From Candidatus Nanopelagicaceae bacterium (GTDB lineage: Bacteria; Actinomycetota; Actinomycetes; Nanopelagicales; Nanopelagicaceae), in NCBI GenBank assembly GCA_036804325.1, contig DAIRSQ010000002.1, forward strand, positions 4,521-68,520: a DNA stretch of 64,000 bases, given 5' to 3'. The number at the start of each line of letters is the position of its first letter. The stretch's first letter is position 1. The position numbers and the translations under genes are program-made. The notes below the pieces were generated by a model that had not been told where the DNA came from, ran no database searches, and saw nothing but the letters and a program-made list of their open reading frames with translations. Shown one piece after another: positions 9,019 to 20,003 of the stretch.

Positions 9019-10125
9019 ATGGACTTCTATCAATCACTTGGCCTAACTAAGCGAATTAATGCCGCGGCCTGCTATACGGCACTTGGCGGATCCTTGATGG
9101 CCCAAGAAGTCTTGAGCGCTATGAATGAAGCTGCTACTGCATTTATCTCTCTACATGAATTGCAACAAAAAGCTGGCGAGAAAATCGCCAAAATGACGAA
9201 GAATGAAGGCGCCTTCATTACTACTGGAGCTGCAGCGGGAATCGTACTTTCAGTACTTGCTTGTAGAACTCGTGGAAACTTAGTGGAAATCCAAAAAATT
9301 ATCGACGGCACTGCACAGGCATCAGAGGTCATCATGTTTGCCGGACATCGCATTCCTTACGATGCTGCAATTCGCGTAGCAGGCTCCACCTTGGTAACGG
9401 TAGGCGATGCCATTCAATCTTTTGATTATCAATTAGAAGCGAGAATTAACGAGAAGACTTCAGCGATTTTTTATTGTGCTGGTGAGCACCTTGCTTCTGC
9501 CGCGCTACCCCTTGATAAAACTATTAAAATTGCTAAAAAGTATTCAGTGCCGGTGATAGTTGATGCCGCTGCACAACTTCCGCCGCTCTCCAACCTCTGG
9601 CGATTTACCTCTGATGCGGGTGCCGACCTCGCAATCTTTAGTGGTGGCAAAGCGCTCCGTGGACCACAATCAAGTGGATTAATTGTCGGTAAGCGTGAAT
9701 TTATTGAAGCGGTCCGAGTAAACGGAGCTCCTAATCAAGGGTTGGGTCGTGGCTTCAAGGCGAGCAAAGAAGAGATTGCAGGGCTCCTTACCGCTATTGA
9801 ACTTTATATAGCTAAAGACCATGAGGGTGCCTGGCGCAAATGGAGCGCAACAGTTGATGAATGGGTTGCATCACTCAGTGGAAGCACAAGCTGTTCCGTA
9901 TTCCGAGATGACATAAACGAAGCAGGGCAACCAGTCCCCCGTGTAGCAATCAAACTTCCTGATAATTCAGCCCTTGAAATCGTGGCAAAACTACAAAAGT
10001 TAGATCCGATTGTTGAAGTGGTACATAACTCGCGTGCGATGGTCTGGATCAGCCCAGATTCACTTCAAGCAGGCGAAGAGCCAATTGTTATCGAGCAATT
10101 GAAAAAAGTTCTACCGCGCAAATAA
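9019..10125 (+). CDS. SelA-like/DgaE-family PLP-dependent enzyme (putative ammonia-lyase)
   Basis: INAAACYTALGGS, VIVDAAAQ, PLP lysine motif FSGGKALRGPQSSG, GRGFKASKEEIAG; 368 aa, shorter than true SelA. Confidence 0.85.
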   Translation: MDFYQSLGLTKRINAAACYTALGGSLMAQEVLSAMNEAATAFISLHELQQKAGEKIAKMTKNEGAFITTGAAAGIVLSVLACRTRGNLVEIQKIIDGTAQASEVIMFAGHRIPYDAAIRVAGSTLVTVGDAIQSFDYQLEARINEKTSAIFYCAGEHLASAALPLDKTIKIAKKYSVPVIVDAAAQLPPLSNLWRFTSDAGADLAIFSGGKALRGPQSSGLIVGKREFIEAVRVNGAPNQGLGRGFKASKEEIAGLLTAIELYIAKDHEGAWRKWSATVDEWVASLSGSTSCSVFRDDINEAGQPVPRVAIKLPDNSALEIVAKLQKLDPIVEVVHNSRAMVWISPDSLQAGEEPIVIEQLKKVLPRK

Positions 10126-10128
10126 CTT

Positions 10129-11019
10129 TTATATAGAAGCTTGGTAAATACTTTCGATAGCTGTATCTAGGACTTTGTCGAATTCCCCATCACTTTGCTG
10201 CGCGCTTAGCCCTTCAGTCAACGCTCGAGAGAAGCTAGCAATCACGCCATCATTTTTGGCAAGCATCGCATTCGCATCGTCACGTGAATAACCTCCAGAA
10301 AGGGCAACTAGGCGCAGTACCCGAGGGTGCTCCACTAGTACCTTATAAAAATTAGGTTCGGTGGGAAGCGTTAGCTTCAACATGACTTGCTGGTCGTCTG
10401 ACAATTTATCAAGTTCTCGAATAATCGCACTGCGGAGTAGTTCTTCGCATTTCTCTTTCTCAAGACTCTTTATATCCACTTCAGGCTCGATGATGGGCAT
10501 TAATCCTCCGGCAAGAATCTCTTTGCCAAATTCAAATTGCTGCGCAACTACCGCATCAATGCCTTTGGCATTTGCCAATTTAATAACCGAACGCATCTTT
10601 GTTCCGAAAACTCCATGAGAGAGCGCGCTCGCAATCCGCGAGGCCAGTTGTGGAATTGGCTTCATCACTTGCACGCCATCAACTTCCTCTGCAAGCCCGT
10701 TATCTACTTTCAGGAAAGGCACAATTCCTTTCTTCTGCCAGAGGAACTCGGCGCTCCCCATGCCATCAATCTGACGATCCATCGTCATCTCAAATAAAAT
10801 AACGCCCAGGATGCGCTCACTGGTAAAGACTGGGCTTTTTATAATTCTAGTTCGCATCGCGTGCACAAGATCAAACATCTCTTGCTCTCCGCTGTATTGG
10901 CTCTCTTCGATGCCATAAAGCTTGAGCGCCTTAGGCGTGCTACCACCACTTTGATCGAGCGCGGCAATGAAACCTTTGCGCGACTTAACCTGTGCTAACT
11001 GCTCCTCAAAAAGGGCCAT
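10129..11019 (-). CDS. fda: Fructose-bisphosphate aldolase class I (bacterial Fda type)
   Basis: [49 protein letters not shown]. Confidence 0.95.
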   Translation of the reverse strand: MALFEEQLAQVKSRKGFIAALDQSGGSTPKALKLYGIEESQYSGEQEMFDLVHAMRTRIIKSPVFTSERILGVILFEMTMDRQIDGMGSAEFLWQKKGIVPFLKVDNGLAEEVDGVQVMKPIPQLASRIASALSHGVFGTKMRSVIKLANAKGIDAVVAQQFEFGKEILAGGLMPIIEPEVDIKSLEKEKCEELLRSAIIRELDKLSDDQQVMLKLTLPTEPNFYKVLVEHPRVLRLVALSGGYSRDDANAMLAKNDGVIASFSRALTEGLSAQQSDGEFDKVLDTAIESIYQASI

Positions 11020-11045
11020 GACCTCTCCTTCTCAACGAATAACGA

Positions 11046-12647
11046 TTAACCGAGAGCTTCGCCCGCACTTTCCTCACGTGCTGAACGATAATCCTCATTG
11101 GTCCGTAACGGGGCCTCGCGCAAGAAGAGCGCAAGGAAGAATCCTAATAACGTGACCGGTGCAGCAACCAGGAAGACAACATGGAAAGAGTTCACGAAGG
11201 ACTCAATAATTGAGCTCTGAACTGCTGGTGGCAACTTGGCAATCCCAGAGGTATTTGTGGTGATATTTTCTAGTTGCGCTTTATCAAATCCAGCAAGTGC
11301 CGAAGGATTCTTTGCACCCAATTCTGTAAATCCGGCTTCGATGTAATGAGCGAGTCGATTGGTCAAGACAGAACCAAAAAAAGCCGTTCCAAATACGCTT
11401 CCTAACGATCTAAAGAAGGTATTGGAACTTGTGGCAATTCCCATATCTTTGAAGTCCACCGCATTTTGAAGTGCAATAACAATAGTTTGCATCGACAATC
11501 CAAGGCCAACTCCAACAGTGACAGCAAATATTGCCACTTGCCAATAAGGTGAATCGGCTTTGAGCGTTGCCATTGCTAGAATTCCCAGCGACATAATTGC
11601 AGTGCCTGCGATAGGAAATCTCTTATACCGACCGCTCTTAGAGATTGCTTTTCCACTAAATATCGAGGTAGAGACTATGCCAAGCATGAGTGGAATCAGT
11701 TTGAGCCCAGCTTCAGTTGCGCCATAACCCTTTACTACTTGCATATAGAGCGGAATCATCACAATCGCACCGAACATTCCAGCGCCAATTACTGCTCCGA
11801 GAGCTGAGGTAAGCGAAAAGGTGTGATTCTTAAATAACGCCAAAGGAAGAATCGGCTCCTTTGCCTTTGATTCCCAAAATAAGAAAATTATTGATAGCGC
11901 AATGCCCAAGCCGGCAGTTAAAAGTGTGTGTCCATCCCGCCAACCATCTTCTGGGCCGAAGACCGAAACTGCAAAAAGCAACGAGGTCACGCCGGTAACC
12001 ATCAAAATTGCGCCCACATAATCAATGGAATGCTCGCGACGAATTCGCGGAATATGAAGTACGGCAGAAGTAATAATCAGTGAGGCGATTCCGAAAGGCA
12101 GGTTGATATAAAAAATCCAACGCCAGCCAGTAACGCCGAGAATTTGCGCGTGATCAGAGAAGAAGCCACCAAGTAGTGGTCCGGCAACTGATGAGAGACC
12201 CCAAACGGCGCCGAAATACCCTTGATAACGCCCGCGCTCACGTGGGGGGACTATGTCTCCAATGATGACGAATGTCAGCGCCATCAATCCGCCAGCGCCT
12301 AAACCTTGCAAACCTCGGAAAAGAATCAACTCGGTCATCGATGTTGATGCGCCAGCGAGGAACGAACCAATTAAAAAGGTGACGATGGCAAATTGAAAAA
12401 CTATCCGTCTTCCATAGAGGTCAGAAATCTTCCCGTAAAGTGGTGTTGAAGCGGTAGAGGTAAGTAGATAAGCGGTAACTACCCAGGTGTAATGATTAAG
12501 ACCGTTGAAATCTTCAACGATGTTCTTAAGAGCAGTAGAGACAATCGTCTGATCTAGCGCGGCGAGCAGTAACCCAGTCATTAATCCGCTCAGGATAATC
12601 ATGATCTCTTTGTGGGTATGTTCTTTGCGTGCTACCTGTTCGCTCAT
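11046..12647 (-). CDS. MFS drug:H+ antiporter, DHA2 (EmrB/QacA) family
   Basis: [30 protein letters not shown]; about 14 TM. Confidence 0.93.
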   Translation of the reverse strand: MSEQVARKEHTHKEIMIILSGLMTGLLLAALDQTIVSTALKNIVEDFNGLNHYTWVVTAYLLTSTASTPLYGKISDLYGRRIVFQFAIVTFLIGSFLAGASTSMTELILFRGLQGLGAGGLMALTFVIIGDIVPPRERGRYQGYFGAVWGLSSVAGPLLGGFFSDHAQILGVTGWRWIFYINLPFGIASLIITSAVLHIPRIRREHSIDYVGAILMVTGVTSLLFAVSVFGPEDGWRDGHTLLTAGLGIALSIIFLFWESKAKEPILPLALFKNHTFSLTSALGAVIGAGMFGAIVMIPLYMQVVKGYGATEAGLKLIPLMLGIVSTSIFSGKAISKSGRYKRFPIAGTAIMSLGILAMATLKADSPYWQVAIFAVTVGVGLGLSMQTIVIALQNAVDFKDMGIATSSNTFFRSLGSVFGTAFFGSVLTNRLAHYIEAGFTELGAKNPSALAGFDKAQLENITTNTSGIAKLPPAVQSSIIESFVNSFHVVFLVAAPVTLLGFFLALFLREAPLRTNEDYRSAREESAGEALG

Positions 12648-12702
12648 CCGCTCTCTCCTTGCACTTAGCTACTCGTTGACTTTGCTCTTCTATCTCTATT
12701 TC

Positions 12703-14079
<1,377 letters not shown>

Positions 14080-14152
14080 CTAACCGAATCGCCACGCGGA
14101 TTGATTCCACCCCTCTGGCCTATCCGCCACTATTTCTCTTACCCTTGGCGGC

Positions 14153-15013
14153 ATGACAACCAACGGCGGCCTCTACAGTGGAAAGGTCGGCCTTAGTCGA
14201 CTCTGTGCAGTAACAACGGCAATCTTCCTACTCTTCTTTACATTCTGTTTTGGAAGTTGGTGGGCCGTTGGGCGAAGCGCCGGAGCCGAAGGCGTTGCAA
14301 CATCGCTCCTTTCAAACAACGAAGTTCGCTCAGGGGTCGCAGAAAAATTAATTGATCAGTTTGCTTCCGATGCAGACTCAGAGGTTAAGGCAGTAATCAC
14401 TGACAAGCGCGAACAACTTGTTCAAGTAGTTTCTGATGCATTAGCAAATCCAGAAATCAGCGCCGAAACAAAGCGAATTATCGACGAGGTATATAGTTTT
14501 TATACCGGTGAAAGTACTAAAGCCACCATCGACATAAATGCGCTTATCAAACCAATCCTTAAATCAATGTCTGCGATAGATCCGGCTTTTAATGTCAATG
14601 ATATAGACATGAAAGGAATCGAGCCTATAACGCTAGATGATTCCGGTAGCGCACCCAATCTTGCACCTGTTAAATCGGGACTTGCAGTAGCGGTCTTTGT
14701 ACTCTTTGCCCTTCTAGTTCTTTCAATTGTCGGGCTTGCCAAATACTCACGAACAAAAAACTCATTCGTTGCAGTTATCGGCTGGGAATTCGCAGCAATC
14801 GGTGTAATTCTGCTCTCCGTATTCTTTGGCGCCACTACTGGCGTTAAATCCGCAGCAAAATCTGCCACTGACCCCTTAGTCAACTCCGCAGCGCCAATTG
14901 TCGCGGAAACGTTCCTAAGTATGTTCAAGCTTCAGGGAATATTGCTCTTAATTGTCGGAGTTATTGGAATCATTACCTGGATACGTACTAAAAAAGCACA
15001 GCAAAAACAATAA
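14153..15013 (+). CDS. Hypothetical membrane protein
   Basis: 286 aa; one N-terminal TM, soluble helical region, three C-terminal TMs; TACCCT-N7-ATG. Confidence 0.75.
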   Translation: MTTNGGLYSGKVGLSRLCAVTTAIFLLFFTFCFGSWWAVGRSAGAEGVATSLLSNNEVRSGVAEKLIDQFASDADSEVKAVITDKREQLVQVVSDALANPEISAETKRIIDEVYSFYTGESTKATIDINALIKPILKSMSAIDPAFNVNDIDMKGIEPITLDDSGSAPNLAPVKSGLAVAVFVLFALLVLSIVGLAKYSRTKNSFVAVIGWEFAAIGVILLSVFFGATTGVKSAAKSATDPLVNSAAPIVAETFLSMFKLQGILLLIVGVIGIITWIRTKKAQQKQ

Positions 15014-15863
15014 CTAGAGATAGAACGCTTAGGTACGAAATAGAGCCGTGGAATATTTTTTCTGCAACCTTGCTCTTTTCTAGGTTACTTCCGCTGCGGA
15101 GTTTAAAAACAATCTGTAGAAAATAAAATCCAAGCGCGCCCGCAACAACGAAGTACCAGATTGGTAAATCCGCAAGCACACCCAAAGCTAATGAGGCGAG
15201 GATCATTCCACTTGAATGCGCAATCATTTGACGAGTAACAATTTTTTCAGCAGCAACCACAGGTAACATGGGGATTCCTGCCTTTGAATAATCATCTTTA
15301 TATTTAATCGCCAATGCCCAGAAGTGTGGCGGAGTCCAGAAAAAGATCACCATGAAAAGCGCAATTGCGCTCCAGGATAATGAATTACCTACTGCAGCCC
15401 ACCCAATAAGAACCGGCATACAACCTGCGATACCGCCCCAAACAATATTTTGTGGAGTTCGCCGTTTTAGAACAGCTGTATAAATTCCTACATAGAAAGC
15501 GATAGCAACGAGAGTTAATAACGTTGCCAATGCGTTCGTAAAAATCCAAAATATGACAAGTGAGAGAGCGCCAATAAATAAGGCGAACGCGATTGCAATT
15601 CGAGAAGAAATCTCACCAACAACTAACGGTCGTTTACTTGTTCTTCCCATTTCAACATCGAGATCTTGCTCCATGACTTGATTAAATGCATTTGCTGACC
15701 CAGCTGCGAGAGTGCCGCCAACGAGCGTCGCTAACGTTAATTGGATCCCTGGAATGCCACGCTCCGCAAGAACCATTGCCGGCAACGTAGACACTAGTAA
15801 GAGCTCCACCACTCGGAGTTTCATGAGCGCAATCAATGCGCGAGATTTTGTGGCTACCGACAC
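14988..15863 (-). CDS. ctaB: Protoheme IX farnesyltransferase (heme o synthase)
   Basis: NQVMEQDLDVEMGRTSKRP, LKRRTPQNIVWGG, WTPPHFWALA, DYSKAGIPMLP. Confidence 0.95.
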   Translation of the reverse strand: MSVATKSRALIALMKLRVVELLLVSTLPAMVLAERGIPGIQLTLATLVGGTLAAGSANAFNQVMEQDLDVEMGRTSKRPLVVGEISSRIAIAFALFIGALSLVIFWIFTNALATLLTLVAIAFYVGIYTAVLKRRTPQNIVWGGIAGCMPVLIGWAAVGNSLSWSAIALFMVIFFWTPPHFWALAIKYKDDYSKAGIPMLPVVAAEKIVTRQMIAHSSGMILASLALGVLADLPIWYFVVAGALGFYFLQIVFKLRSGSNLEKSKVAEKIFHGSISYLSVLSLVIVFAVLF

Positions 15864-15884
15864 AGCCCAACTCTAGTCGCTGAC

Positions 15885-17075
15885 CTAAAGGCTGCCCAAT
15901 TTAAGTCGAGCTTCCAACGCGGGTTTAACCCCCCAGGACTGACAGATGTGGCGATACTCACTCAACTCTTCCGCGCTACTCGACCGTGCACTCCGAATAC
16001 CTCGGATCATCAAGTTTCTCGCTGTGTGATCACCTGAAATGAATTCAAAAACATCTGTCTTGTATCCCATCAATCGGAGTATTTGCGCACGTATCTCGTC
16101 AGTTAATAAATCTAGTTGTCTAGTAGCGAGAATTCCATCATGAGCAAGAATGGCAACATCTCTAGGGAATTCTTTTACTTGAGTATGTAAATCATGGTGG
16201 CAACAAGGTGCCGCCAAAACTAATTCAACCTCATTATTAATTGCCCAGGCTAACGCGTCATCTGTTGCCGTATCGCAAGCATGTAGCGCAATGGCCACGT
16301 CGAACTTCTCGCCATCGAACTCTTTAATTTCGCTTGCTGTAAAAGTTACGTTTGCCGCAATCCCCAGCTCCTCGGAAATTTTCTGATTTCTGGCACGTGA
16401 ACTCTCTCTGATGTCCACGCCTACAAACTCCACAGCTCTTCCGTTAAGTTGGAAAAATCGATAAGCGGCAAAAGTTAAATAAGCATGTCCGCACCCAAGG
16501 TCAACTAAACGAATAGCCTTCTTAGAGTCCACTAATTTTTCTGCGCTACGTTCTAGCACTTTGAGAAATTCATCAACCTGCAAATATTTGTCGCGCATGG
16601 ATGGTTTGACTTTGCCATTTGAATCAGAGATACCCACCGCCATAAGGAATGGATCATCTTCGTTGAGGATACGGCGCTTCTTTTTATCGTGCTGATAGTC
16701 AGGCTCTAATTCTGCTCTAGATACCTTGCTAAATATCTGTCCACGTTTGCCAATCCGAACCTGCAAGCTTTCAGATCTAGTTTCAACAAGAAAATTGGCG
16801 AATCCCTCTTCAACCAACTGCATTTTCTTAAATTCTGAGGGTGCGATATTTTGTGTGGCGCTAGTTGTACCCGATAAAGAAATCACACTTAGAAAAAGTT
16901 TTTCTTTGAGCAATACGGGTTTAATATCGATGCGATCAACAGATGGATAAAAATTTCTTCTTCGACCCGAAAAAACGGCCCGAACAAAATTATTTTCATC
17001 CGCTATCCGCCGATTTATCTCTTCTTTAAAGTCGCTCCATTCATCAGTTTCCTTAGAGCGCTCTTGATTACTCAT
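15885..17075 (-). CDS. Class I SAM-dependent methyltransferase (Methyltransf_32-like)
   Basis: LVDLGCGHAYLTF, ALHACDTATDDAL, APCCHH, EFISGDHTARN; start moved to ATG 17075. Confidence 0.88.
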   Translation of the reverse strand: MSNQERSKETDEWSDFKEEINRRIADENNFVRAVFSGRRRNFYPSVDRIDIKPVLLKEKLFLSVISLSGTTSATQNIAPSEFKKMQLVEEGFANFLVETRSESLQVRIGKRGQIFSKVSRAELEPDYQHDKKKRRILNEDDPFLMAVGISDSNGKVKPSMRDKYLQVDEFLKVLERSAEKLVDSKKAIRLVDLGCGHAYLTFAAYRFFQLNGRAVEFVGVDIRESSRARNQKISEELGIAANVTFTASEIKEFDGEKFDVAIALHACDTATDDALAWAINNEVELVLAAPCCHHDLHTQVKEFPRDVAILAHDGILATRQLDLLTDEIRAQILRLMGYKTDVFEFISGDHTARNLMIRGIRSARSSSAEELSEYRHICQSWGVKPALEARLKLGSL

Positions 17076-17172
17076 AATGACGAAGGAATCCAGAAGGGGT
17101 GTGGCATGCCTCAAAATCTATCCTGAAGAGTGCAGGCTAGCCTGGAGGCGCGGAAATTAGTACCATTCTAAA

Positions 17173-18090
17173 ATGAACGAAATTGTTGACCTCAGCACAC
17201 CTGCCATCGCAATCAGCATTGATCTCACTCGCGGCGCAACTATTACCCATATCGGCAAGACACTTGAACAAAACGACAATGTTTTAGCCTGGTATGAGTT
17301 CGACGATATCGAAGAGTTGCCCATTGAATACCCCCATGGAGAAAGTGAGCATTATTGGATGTCTCGCTACCGCGGTGGTTGGCAGCTACTCACTCCAAGT
17401 GCAGATAAAGAGTGTGATGTTGGAGGTCGCCACCATAGTTTCCATGGTGACAGCTCCATTCTTCCGTGGAGATTAGTAAATAAGAGTACAAATGAAATCA
17501 CCCATGATGTTGTGATTTTTGATGCCCTACATGTGACTCGAGTTGCACGCCTTGAAAATAATCGGCCGCTATTAACGGTTACTACAACTATCAAAAACAT
17601 TGGCGAAAAAGTTGAACCGTTTATCAAAGTAGAACATATTGCTTTTCGCGGTTCAGATAAGGGCGAAGTTTCTGGTCCAGAAAATACAGTCTGGAAATTT
17701 CACGATTATGTTCAAGAGGGGTACACGGGCGAATTTAAATGGAAAGATATGGACTCTCATGGAGTCAATATCCGAAATCGCAATATGTCGAAAGAGGCTC
17801 GTTTGGTTTACATTCTTCGCGATAGCGAAGGATGGGTCGAGTGGCATAACCCAGATTTTGGACAGCGGACTCGGGCGACTTGGGATCCAAAAGAGTTTCC
17901 TCATCTTTGGTACTGGCAAGAAAATGGCGCAGATATTTTTCCATTCCATAGGCGCTCTAAGATAACGGCTCTTGAGCCTGCATCCGTTCCGCCAGGAACA
18001 CGGTTAATCGGTGCAGTCGAGAAGAACTTAGCCTCGTACTTGCAACCCGGAGAATCACATACCTTCTCGATTCAGATTGAGCTCAAATAA
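17173..18090 (+). CDS. Aldose-1-epimerase/galactose-mutarotase-like protein (DUF4432-like)
   Basis: YRGGWQLL.P, FHGD..ILPW, HIAF, FPHLWYWQE, ALEP. Confidence 0.65.
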   Translation: MNEIVDLSTPAIAISIDLTRGATITHIGKTLEQNDNVLAWYEFDDIEELPIEYPHGESEHYWMSRYRGGWQLLTPSADKECDVGGRHHSFHGDSSILPWRLVNKSTNEITHDVVIFDALHVTRVARLENNRPLLTVTTTIKNIGEKVEPFIKVEHIAFRGSDKGEVSGPENTVWKFHDYVQEGYTGEFKWKDMDSHGVNIRNRNMSKEARLVYILRDSEGWVEWHNPDFGQRTRATWDPKEFPHLWYWQENGADIFPFHRRSKITALEPASVPPGTRLIGAVEKNLASYLQPGESHTFSIQIELK

Positions 18091-18097
18091 AAAAATT

Positions 18098-18475
18098 TTA
18101 AGGCAAGGAAACGAAAAGCGCAGCAGCTAAACCAGCAATCAGAGCGGCCTGCACCAATATCGACATCGCTTTACGGCGATCTGTTCTCTTGCTCTCGATG
18201 TCAAAGACACGTTCCATGTCGCCCATTTTTCCGAAATTAAAAGTTCCGGCTAATCCGTATGCAAGACAAAACTTATTGCGCGCCTGAATAAATCCAATTG
18301 CGGAGACAAAGAGTGGGAAGAAAATCCCCCAGCGAGCAGAACGCGTCAGATCTTCAGCGGCATAGAGGGTGTAACCCGAAATGAGCGCAAAGACCAATGC
18401 GGCAATACCGACCGCTCGCCGCCTAAGAATCTCGCGCGCACCAATATTGCATACTCCTGGTACATAATCGCTCAT
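18098..18475 (-). CDS. Conserved hypothetical membrane protein
   Basis: SD GGAGG before ATG 18475; YVPGVCNIG..EI.RRR and GFIQA..KFC motifs; 3 TM. Confidence 0.75.
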   Translation of the reverse strand: MSDYVPGVCNIGAREILRRRAVGIAALVFALISGYTLYAAEDLTRSARWGIFFPLFVSAIGFIQARNKFCLAYGLAGTFNFGKMGDMERVFDIESKRTDRRKAMSILVQAALIAGLAAALFVSLP

Positions 18476-18557
18476 TGGTAAACCTCCAAAATCCCGAGAT
18501 GGGCTTGATGTAAGAGTATGGCAATACTCCCACCCATGCATCCTTTAGGCTTATGCC

Positions 18558-19982
18558 ATGGCTAACAGCTCAACGACATATACGAGATTCACCTTAACAG
18601 CGGCACATGTTGAGCATCTCAAGGGGTTAGCAAGTGGCGGAGTAAATACGACGCAATCTGCTCTAGAACAACATGGTCACGATGAGTCTGCTTGGCCTGC
18701 CGTACTTCCTGATGCTGTTGTCTATCCTGCAACAACTGCTGAAGTCTCTGCGATTTTAAAGTACTGCAATAACGAGGGAATTCCCGTCATTCCATTTGGT
18801 GCGGGAACTTCTTTGGAGGGACACATTCTTGCTTTTTATGGTGGCATCTCACTTGATCTAACGGGCATGAACAAAATTCTCGAGATTCGTCCAGATGATT
18901 TGATGGTTCGAGTTGAAGCTGGAGTGCATCGAGTTGCGCTCAACGAAAAGCTCGCCTCTCACGGACTTTTCTTTTCTGTCGATCCAGGTGCAGATGCAAC
19001 GCTCGGTGGAATGGCTGCAACCGGCGCTGCTGGTACAACAACCGTACGTTACGGATCTATGCGAGATAACGTCCTTGCACTGACCGCAGTTCTTGCTAAT
19101 GGTGAAGTAATTCATGTTGGTCGAGGAACTCGTAAATTGTCAGCAGGTTATGACATAACTCGACTTCTTGTTGGTTCCGAGGGGACGTTGGCAGTAATTA
19201 CTGAATTGACCCTCAAACTCTATGGCACACCAGAAAAGATGGCCGCTGCAATTGCGCGCTTTCCAAACCTCCAAGCAGGAGTTGAAGCTGCAACGGCAAT
19301 CGTTCGATCTGGAATTGCGATAGCGCGATGCGAATTTTTAGACCCTAATTGCATTAAAAACATCAATTCTTATTCAAATTTATCGCTTACCGAAAGTCCG
19401 ACTCTCTTCTTTGAATTTCATGGCAGCCCCAAAGGCGTAGAGGAAGATGCTCGTTCAACACAAGAGATTGTCGCCGAATTTGGCGGTACGGAATTTGAAT
19501 GGACCACCGATGAAGGCGCTCGAAGAAAACTATGGGAAGCAAGGCATCACGTTCATTGGGCGAGCATTGCCGCGCACCCTGGGAAAAGAGGAGTGAGCAC
19601 CGACTCTGTTGTTCCACTCTCACTTCTTGGCGAAGCTGTAGGTATGGCAGATGCATTTCTTACCGAAAAAGGGTATCCCTACACCGTATTAGGACATGTT
19701 GCCGACGGAAACTTTCACACCTTTATCATCACCGATCCAGAGAAGCCTGAGCAGCTCGAAGATATTCGAGAGATTGCCCATGAATTAGCGCTCAAAATCA
19801 TTGAAATGGGTGGCACCTGTACTGGTGAGCATGGAATTGGTGCCGGAAAGATTGATGCCCTCGTAGAAGAGACTGGTCAAGGCGCCATTGATGTGATGTT
19901 AGGAATCAAGAATTTCTTTGATCCCAACCACATTCTCAATCCTGGAAAAATTCTCCATAACACTGCGCCCAAGTGCTCTTAA
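18558..19982 (+). CDS. FAD-linked oxidase, D-lactate dehydrogenase (cytochrome)/GlcD family
   Basis: GAGTSLEGH, DPGADATLGGM, GSEGTL, GHVADGNFH, TGEHGIG, NPGK. Confidence 0.9.
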   Translation: MANSSTTYTRFTLTAAHVEHLKGLASGGVNTTQSALEQHGHDESAWPAVLPDAVVYPATTAEVSAILKYCNNEGIPVIPFGAGTSLEGHILAFYGGISLDLTGMNKILEIRPDDLMVRVEAGVHRVALNEKLASHGLFFSVDPGADATLGGMAATGAAGTTTVRYGSMRDNVLALTAVLANGEVIHVGRGTRKLSAGYDITRLLVGSEGTLAVITELTLKLYGTPEKMAAAIARFPNLQAGVEAATAIVRSGIAIARCEFLDPNCIKNINSYSNLSLTESPTLFFEFHGSPKGVEEDARSTQEIVAEFGGTEFEWTTDEGARRKLWEARHHVHWASIAAHPGKRGVSTDSVVPLSLLGEAVGMADAFLTEKGYPYTVLGHVADGNFHTFIITDPEKPEQLEDIREIAHELALKIIEMGGTCTGEHGIGAGKIDALVEETGQGAIDVMLGIKNFFDPNHILNPGKILHNTAPKCS

Positions 19983-20003
19983 TTTTTTCGTAAAAAGTAA
20001 TTT

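Noticed and set aside
9019..10125. Selenocysteine synthase SelA / Sec machinery
   Set aside because: Too short for SelA, DgaE-like motifs, no selB, selD or tRNA-Sec in the window, catabolic context
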